The translations under genes were made by a program, and so were the position numbers. A stretch of 64,000 bases of DNA from contig CAJINV010000003.1 in the NCBI GenBank assembly GCA_905178155.1, forward strand, positions 618,720 through 682,719, in the 5' to 3' direction. The notes below the pieces were generated by a model that saw nothing but the letters and a program-made list of their open reading frames with translations, was not told where the DNA came from and made no database searches. Source of the stretch: Amoebophrya sp. A120. Lineage: Eukaryota; Protista; Dinoflagellata. Positions 56,749-64,000 of this stretch are shown in pieces (within the stretch, counting starts at the first letter, position 1; every line of letters starts with the position of its first letter).

Positions 56749-59421
56749 CGAAAAATCAAAAAAAAAAAGTTGAAGCAACTTTTTCGACCAACCCCGAGCC
56801 CTTTTTTTCTTGAAGTTGTTTCGTGTCCGTCCTCGTCAGCGAGCAATCGCAGGCGAGGCACGGCGCCTGCAGATGCGCGGTAGCGGACCCGCACAGCACA
56901 TATTTACTGTTGTGCGTGCAGTCATATAAGTGGCAAAGCTCTGGGGTTGGACATGGAACAGCCTAGGGGCCCAATAGTGAATCAACTCCAAGACTCGCCT
57001 GCAGCGCCTCGAGGGTCGACGCCGAGCCAGCTGCTCTGCGTGTTTCTTCTAAATGAAAAAGCGCTTTCTCGCACTCTCGCATCAAGCGTTGCGACATGGC
57101 TTGGGGCCAGCGACGTTGCTCCGCCGGGAATAGCTGCCTCCGATGGTGGCGCTGGGTTCCTGTGTGCAAATCCTACCAGAAACTCTAGCTTAGTTAACAT
57201 AGAGAAGGGACACTAAGTACATAGGCTTTTGTAACATGGTGATGATAGCTACATGATTTTGCTATGCATATTGCAGGAAGAGTACAAAATTTTTTGCAAT
57301 TCATTTTGTTTTTTTTGTTTTTTTGCATGGAAAAAAATGGCATTTTGGAGGAGGAGGAGAAATTTTCTGTGGATAGAAGCAGAGAATAAAGAGAAAGCCC
57401 ATGGCTACACTGCACGAAAATGATTCGAAAAATAAATCACATTGACTCATTAATTTCCGATTAGAAACAGAATCTTCCGAAGCGTGGGCGCCATATTTAT
57501 TGGGGTTCCGTTCAAACTCTGTCTTGCCTAGGGTCGACGATGACGAGCCTCGTATTTTTGTGCAGTTTCTTGGCTCGTAAGATTATAGCGATCCTGCTTC
57601 TACGAGGACAAGAGCGCATATGTTTACGTACAGTTTTCGACATTATTTCACAGTTTGTAGATCTAGGTTTTGTAGGGCTAGAACGAAGCTCACGTAGTGG
57701 GGGCGCTAGGCAACCAGAAACGAAAGATGTTGAGCACACACGTATACAACAGGCAGTTGCTCTTGTCGTGCGGCAAACGCATCTTTTTTTGCGCATAGAA
57801 ATATCCTCACCAGAGGCCAATTACATGGGAGCGATGGGTATTTGCAGCTTATTAGGTAACTATATGCAATGAACGTTAACGAAAATCTGGACATCTAGTA
57901 CCAGCAAACGAATCTTGAAAACGGTATCAAATGAAAGCGATATTAACGCATATCAGTCTTCGACGTACGTTCAACATTCACACGCAGGTCAAAATAGGAC
58001 TTTCGGCGTCAACATCTTTTTCCATCTACTTATTCCACCAAAAAGAACAAGAACCTAGCACTATCTTCAGTTTTAAAGTGATGGTGCATGACCAAAGAAA
58101 ATGAAACCCTTTCATGGCGATAATTTTTATCAAGATGCTCAAATCTTGGAGGAGCAAAAACAAAACGAAAAGGTGGAAGAGAAAATTCTGCAGCTTCCGC
58201 CCGAAGTATGCATATCACAATTCTCCACGACGGTATCACTATGATTATCCCAAAAATGACACCTGACGTTCATATTTGTCTGCTCTGTCCAGCAGTGCTG
58301 TTGTGTTTAATATTGTTCATCCTCGATGTTCACGCACTTTATCATAAAGTGATTTTATGTCTTTGTGGTGTATGATCTCGATGTTTTTTTGCTTGAAGGT
58401 TTGCGGTTTTTTTCCCCAGTGCATCTCTCCATCGGCCTCGCAAAACGTCGAAATATTGGTGGTCTTTACTGCAATGAAAAAAATGGCACCGCAATCGGGA
58501 TTTTTTCATGCCTTGAAACTCATCAGTGATCTTTGACTTGGTTGTGCTTTCATCTGTAAGAAGTCCAAATCATCAAATTAATTTTCTGCTTGTTTTCATC
58601 AAATTCAATTTATATGTAGTGAGGTCACCGAACGGTTCTAACCGGGGAGTTTTTTTGCCATGTCCCGTGAAAAACGGCCGGCAGTTTCAAAGCGGGCGGA
58701 AGCGTTTTTGGACATAAAAAATTTGCAATTATCAAGCGGCCGGGGCTTTGCTGTCAAACAAGCCCGGTCGAAAACTATCGAATCGCACTTGATAAAACGA
58801 CGCCGGGGAGCCGGCAAAAGGGGCGCCCTTCTGAGGCGCCCGCCGCCTTGATTTCTGGCGATTTGGGGCGCCCAAAAAGGGGCGCGCAGAAAACGCGCCC
58901 AAAATCAGAACAGCGAAACAGCATGGCACGGCCGCGATTTCGGAGCATTTTGGGCGGCCGCGAAAGCGGCCGCCTTTTCGCCGGTTTTAGAGCCTGGGAA
59001 GCTTTGCAAAAAGCGCCGGCGTGAAAAATAAAAACGCGAAAAATAAAAAGCGCGCCAGACGCGCAAAGCCAATCCGCATGCTATGGGCCCGGTTTTTCTT
59101 CGCTTTTTGGGCGCCCCCCGTGGCACCCAGATCGGCCCCATAGCATCGGGGCTGGCTTTCGGAAAGGAATTTTGGAAATGTGCCAAAATTTGCGATGTTT
59201 CCCAAGTGGCCGCCATACCGTGCGGCATAACGTTACTCACGGTGGTATGGCGAGCCCATAAAAAGCAAAGCCGCGGCCAAGGCGGCGCTCGGCAAAAAAA
59301 CACCCACGACCTCGCTCACTACCCCCGCCCCGGCGGCTATATTTGGTAGCTTCAGGTTAGTCTATGTCTACTTTGCTATGCTCCTTATTTTTGTACTTCT
59401 CTTGTTTGCATAAAAAACTAC

Positions 59422-61449
59422 ATGATGCGGGCACGGGCTCTACTCCGAGTGGTCTTTTTTCTGTTGGTGCGCGCGGAGAATGGTATTGCAGGTTCTTCGA
59501 TTGTGGCCGGCACTCCAGCTGGAACCAACGCTGACGACAGCAACGGAGCAACGCTACCCCAGTTTGTAAGTAGATCAAATTCCTGGACCGGAAGAGGTGG
59601 AGTTCTAGCTCGGGCAGTCTCGTCGATCGCGACCGGGGCTCGCATCATTCGCTCCCTGTCTCCATCGTTTCGATCTGGATCCTCGTCTAGATCCTCGCCC
59701 AGGGTTGTCCCCCTGCCCACCGTAGAAGGTGCGCGGGAGCTGCTGCCTGCTGGGTCTCCCCTTCATCTGCCGACCTCGACCTCGCGTCCCTTCGATCCAA
59801 TCGTGCCGACTACACCTGGTGGCCCCCAACATCGAGATGATGCGTCACGTTCGGAGGACAGCGGCCATGTGCGGGGGAAGCAGCCCTCTGCTCATCGAAG
59901 TAGCCGTGGTTTGGACCCGCTGAAAGCTTCTCCTGCCCCGGACGACCACCCGAATCGTGGGCGGAGGATCACGCAAGAAATGAAGCGAGGGGTGCTCCTC
60001 TCACCCGCCCTACCGGCGGAGAGGACGACGACAAGTACCGCGGGCTCGTCCTCCTCTGCTGCACCAGGAGCACTAGACGAGATGAAAGTGATCCGGAACA
60101 ACTTCGTTGGCGGGACCACAGCTTCGGTACTACACGCGCAAGACAAAGACCCCGCCGGCAGCTCGTCCTCGTCCGGGCTCATCGCGACCCGGCAGCAGGT
60201 ACTCGACCAGATGGAGCAGGAAACGTGGCAAGCGGGGCAGGGCGAAGCCGGGTACAAGCGATTCATGCAGAAGCTCGAAGACCACCACCGGGCCAAGGAC
60301 GGCAATCTCGTCCACCGCTCTCGGTTGGAGGCGGACACTGAAACTGATGTCGCACGACCCGCTGCCGTAGCGACCCTGCAACTAGACGCGCACGCGGCGA
60401 AAAAGCTGGACCGGCACCGTGGCCGCGGGCAGGGAGTGTCCGCCAGTCCGTTGACTGAAGTGCCCGTTGACGAAGAAACTACTACCCTGGAGCGCGTCGA
60501 AAAGGCGGAGGCATTGCTGCGCTCCGTTTTGCCGCTCAAGCAAGAACCGCGAAATGTAGCACCGCATGAAGATGTTGAACTGGATCCGGTCACGGAACAC
60601 CTTTCCGAGCTTCCGACTTTCCAGCAAGACCTGCTGGCGGCCCAGCTTTGCCTAGCCTTGTCAACAGATGAGGTCGTCCAGCGGGAAGCGGCGGGCGAAA
60701 GAGCGGTGCTTCAGAACTCAACTCTCGTGCATTCGAGCACCGCAGCTGTTGTATTATCTGCGGCACAGACACTGCGGGATATCGTCCACACGACTACTGC
60801 TCAACAAGACTGTCCGCCTCCGCCGGCTCAAGCTGCAATTACTGTGGCAGAACAAGAAGAAGATCATTCCCATCTGACGACATCTTCGCGGGATGAGGCA
60901 CTACTACTACACCCTCAAGAATTTTCTCCACAACTACCATCCTCCCCCCAAAGGTGGAAGTTGAAGACGCAGGAGGAGCACCAACATCAACCAGCGCCTT
61001 GGGAAGTTGGAGAAGAGGTCGCGTTACTGGCGAGACTTCTCGATGAACAGTTGCGGCTTCTGCCGCCGGACCAGGACGAAACGTCCTATGAACAGGCGCG
61101 ACAAACGAAATGGACGAACAGTGCAGGAGACGATGTCTCGAGCGAGGTGTCGCTGACGGGCTCCTTAAATTTTTCCAGGTTCTCGACGCCTTTGATTTCC
61201 GAGGACCAGTGGTCTCGGCCACTGTCGAGCTGTCCCTCGGTTTTCAATTCAAATTCCACCGAAAACGTGCCGCGCGATGAAGGGAGGCCCGGTGTTGACG
61301 AAGAACAAGTAGTGAAGGTACCATCCTCAGTTGGGTGGGCGCTGCTGCGGAAAGTGTTGCAAACAAAAACTACTACCCTTCGACAAGCAGAGGAGTGCGA
61401 AGCAGCTTCCATCAACGCGGACGCAAATACTAGTGCAGCACCAGTATGA
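59422..61449 (+). CDS. Hypothetical secreted low-complexity protein (675 aa)
   Basis: Single long ORF with signal-peptide-like N-terminus MMRARALLRVVFFLLVRAENG. Confidence 0.65.
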   Translation: MMRARALLRVVFFLLVRAENGIAGSSIVAGTPAGTNADDSNGATLPQFVSRSNSWTGRGGVLARAVSSIATGARIIRSLSPSFRSGSSSRSSPRVVPLPTVEGARELLPAGSPLHLPTSTSRPFDPIVPTTPGGPQHRDDASRSEDSGHVRGKQPSAHRSSRGLDPLKASPAPDDHPNRGRRITQEMKRGVLLSPALPAERTTTSTAGSSSSAAPGALDEMKVIRNNFVGGTTASVLHAQDKDPAGSSSSSGLIATRQQVLDQMEQETWQAGQGEAGYKRFMQKLEDHHRAKDGNLVHRSRLEADTETDVARPAAVATLQLDAHAAKKLDRHRGRGQGVSASPLTEVPVDEETTTLERVEKAEALLRSVLPLKQEPRNVAPHEDVELDPVTEHLSELPTFQQDLLAAQLCLALSTDEVVQREAAGERAVLQNSTLVHSSTAAVVLSAAQTLRDIVHTTTAQQDCPPPPAQAAITVAEQEEDHSHLTTSSRDEALLLHPQEFSPQLPSSPQRWKLKTQEEHQHQPAPWEVGEEVALLARLLDEQLRLLPPDQDETSYEQARQTKWTNSAGDDVSSEVSLTGSLNFSRFSTPLISEDQWSRPLSSCPSVFNSNSTENVPRDEGRPGVDEEQVVKVPSSVGWALLRKVLQTKTTTLRQAEECEAASINADANTSAAPV

Positions 61450-62680
61450 TCGTGACGAACGGCGTCCAGCAGAAGAGCCAACAAGAGGCCCACTGCGAAC
61501 GTTGTTGCATCGTTTTGAAGAACATCTTTTGACGTTGTACTACTTCCTAGAGCATGAGTTCTAGCAGTGAATGCACTTTGAAATACCTTATTTTTTTTGA
61601 TTTTTTATAATAAACAACTTCAAGTGTGTCCGCTAAATGATCTGTGACTAATCAGCGCGACATCGGGCTGCGAAAAATGTACACGTATTCTTATACTTGC
61701 TGTAAAATAATTAGTTGAAATGCTACCTGTAGCTAGAGCTACGTCGACCTGGCAACTGCGTCCTCTCCTTGTGAGGCCGCCCTGGTGCAGCTAACGTCAA
61801 TCGGCATAGGAAGTTTCTGTCTCTAGTGGCGTTTTTATTTTCGGCGCAGGTCGTTGACCTCCGTGTCCGTGAAAAACAAAAACCGCTGTAATGTACGCTC
61901 ATCCAGCAGAAACCTATAAACCTTTATATTATTGTGAATATCGTCTTTAGATGTTGTTCGCAGTGTCGGAGAGATTTGATTGATACGAGAGACTCGGAGA
62001 GTACGAGGGGAAATAAAACTCGGACAAAGTTTTTGTGATTGCAAAACGCACAAATCGGACTTTGGTTTATGTTTCTATTTGGATGCGGCTTTTTTTGACA
62101 CATGTTCGGCTCTTTTTGACACATGGTCGGCCGGATCGGCCGTAGTGTCATCGGGATTCGGAAAATAAAAAAAAAACGGGGACGGCTCTTTTTGACACAT
62201 GATGACGGATGTAGGTGCGGAAAGCGAAACCAAACCGAATGCGCGGACTGTCTGACTGCGCTTCTTGGGCCCGGCCTATTGCGAAACACTTCGTAGGAAG
62301 ACGAAGAAGCAACGAATTACATCAAGACCGATGCCGGGTAGGGGCATGGACACCGAGCGAGGCCGACGAACTACCGATGCCAATGCCAAAGGGCAAGAGA
62401 GTGAAACTTCGAACATGAAGTTAGAAACTACGCGGAGGAAACGAGAGAGGGAACCCCGGGAAAGGCTACTGCTCAGCCCCGCGCGGCAATGTATGTGACA
62501 CACGGGCAATGCCGGGGCGCTAGATTGCTCTTCGACGTCAGTTGATTTCTGCGCGCACCAGATTCGGAAGGTGGCCCCTGGTGTGTCTAGTAAACTGTCG
62601 GAAGTCAGAAGGAAGAACAGCTGTGAGGAACAGGTGGACACAGCATCTCGCTGGAAACCACGCACCACGGAAGGAGTGCT

Positions 62681-63430
62681 CTACCCAACTTTCTGCCTTT
62701 TCGCAGCATGCCCCTCCTCCAACCTCCTCCGCGCCTCCAGTGTCTTCTTGCTCGGGCGGCCCTTCTTTTTGTGGACGAAGATCGGCCCGTACTTCGCAGG
62801 GTCCGTTTTGTGCAGAGCACGGAAAACACAGCGGCACGTCGTGTGCAACGCGAATGCCCGGCAATGCGACAGACACACCGGCGCCCCGTTTCCGACTTCA
62901 TGCAACCCCCAGGCCCGGTAGAGGTCTGGCCAGAAAGCTACGACGGAGACCTTCTTCAGGATTTTATAGCGCGCGATCTCCTTCCTGGCTTCCGCGTGCG
63001 ATCCGAAGAGCAGCGGCTCGACGGTCGGCCACCAGGCCAAGACGTCGTCGATGACGGCCGGAATTTCGTCTGCGTCCTCGTCGCTGCCATCCGTATCTTC
63101 CGCGTCTACGCTGCTCGCCTCCTCGCCGAAGAGGTCGCCGTCATCCTCAAACACATCCAACCCAACCTCATCCGCGTCCCCCCGCTCCGCATCGCTCTCG
63201 GCCTTGAGCATCAGGAAGCACTTGCTTGGCAGGGCGACCCTGACACCGTTGACCAAGATCGGCGCGCGGCGCTTGATCTGCACTTCGAAAACCCCCGCGC
63301 CGGCGCCATCAGGTGGACAGGTTCCGAGCCCTGGAAACTTGAACTGACTGGCGAAACCGGTAAAGCCCCGCTCCGGCGGCAGAAGCTCGGCAACGACGGG
63401 CCGGATGCTCGTTTGCAGGAATCGCAAAAA
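62681..63430 (-). CDS. ORF fragment ending in a SWIM-like Cys cluster and KKKGRP; possible Mutator-like transposase 3' part
   Basis: CLSHCRAFALHTTCRC...HKKKGRPSKK; only convincing minus-strand ORF; in-frame TAG immediately upstream (stop or splice acceptor). Confidence 0.4.
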   Translation of the reverse strand, partial: FLRFLQTSIRPVVAELLPPERGFTGFASQFKFPGLGTCPPDGAGAGVFEVQIKRRAPILVNGVRVALPSKCFLMLKAESDAERGDADEVGLDVFEDDGDLFGEEASSVDAEDTDGSDEDADEIPAVIDDVLAWWPTVEPLLFGSHAEARKEIARYKILKKVSVVAFWPDLYRAWGLHEVGNGAPVCLSHCRAFALHTTCRCVFRALHKTDPAKYGPIFVHKKKGRPSKKTLEARRRLEEGHAAKRQKVG

Positions 63431-63589
63431 CTATCGCCGGGGGGGAGCATTAGTCGACTGGCAAACAACTGCTGGCCCCAAACATGAGCACCCACCTGAG
63501 AACCTGCGCCCAAACCTCAACAAACCGGCCCGGACCCAACCCCCTGCCCCACCCCCCTCGCCCCTGGGCGAATCCCTCGCGCGCCATTA

Positions 63590-63848
63590 AAGCAAACACC
63601 AAAAGCAAAGCGCCGAAAGCAAAGCGCCAAAAGCAAAGCGCCAAAAGCAGAGCGGCAAAAGCAGAGCGGCAAAAAGCAAAGCGGCACAAAGCAAAGCGCC
63701 AAAAGCAAAGCGCCAAAAGCAGAGCGGCAAAAGCAGAGCGGCAAAAAGCAAAGCGGCACAAAGCAAAGCGGCAAAAAGCAAAGCGGCAAAAAGCAAAGCG
63801 GCAAAAAGCAAAGCGCCAAAAGCAAAGCGCCAAAAGGAAAGCGCCAAA
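63590..63848. repeat. 14-16-bp minisatellite (AAAAGCAAAGCGSC)n
   Basis: About 18 tandem variant units, including an internal higher-order duplication. Confidence 0.95.
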
Positions 63849-63862
63849 TGCGAAAAAGGCAA

Positions 63863-64000
63863 GGCAGGGCAGGGCAGGGCAGGGCAGGGCAGGGCAGGGC
63901 AGGGCGAGGCGAGGCGAGGCGAGGCGAGGCGAGGCGAGGCGAGGCGAGGCGAGGCGAGGCGAGGCGAGGCGAGGCGAGGCGAGGCGAGGCGAGGCGAGGC
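63863..64000. repeat. Pentanucleotide satellite (GGCAG)n switching to (GGCGA)n, running off the window
   Basis: Directly visible. Confidence 0.97.

Larger units (their letters stand above)
54777..57375. mobile_element. 2.6-kb composite TIR element with TAT...ATA ends and perfect 5-bp TSD GAAGC
   Basis: tattcacagaaaatttctcctcctcctccaaaa / ttttggaggaggaggagaaattttctgtggata; inner IR ttaactagctacagtttctggtagg (~54950) / cctaccagaaactctagcttagttaa (~57172). Confidence 0.85.

Noticed and set aside
58617-59321. MITE with tagtgag...ctcacta ends and gtttttttgcc/ggcaaaaaaac inverted words
   Set aside because: The inverted match is short and no TSD was found, so boundaries are unsupported.
63450-63862. 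ORFs with FAFCR/LCF/AALL repeats
   Set aside because: They are translations of the minisatellite.
63863-64000. Telomere
   Set aside because: GGCAG/GGCGA units do not resemble TTTAGGG-type alveolate telomeres, and the window end is arbitrary.

Overview
Eukaryotic, GC-rich, gene-dense DNA. The style strongly resembles the parasitic alveolate Amoebophrya (Syndiniales); this is an inference. About 14 genes or ORFs lie on the + strand: aspartokinase-homoserine dehydrogenase, a SAM methyltransferase, a Spinster-like MFS transporter, a PhyH dioxygenase, an RCC1-BTB-BACK protein, an anoctamin, a 2OG-Fe(II) oxygenase and several hypotheticals. The main feature is a system of transposon-like non-canonical introns (introners). 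There are 23 short elements (150-322 bp) that start TAT, mostly end ATA, carry family-specific terminal inverted repeats and sit in 5-bp target-site duplications. For the 21 inside reconstructed CDS, removing the element plus one TSD copy restores the reading frame, often a conserved motif, and almost never through GT-AG. They occur in both orientations, share an internal TTGTNATGC motif across unrelated families, and fall into discrete size classes. Also present: an 8-bp-TSD element acting as an intron, a 2.6-kb intergenic TAT...ATA element with nested foldbacks, a palindrome array, a SWIM/MULE-like ORF fragment and terminal satellites. All gene models were reconstructed by eye without transcript data.
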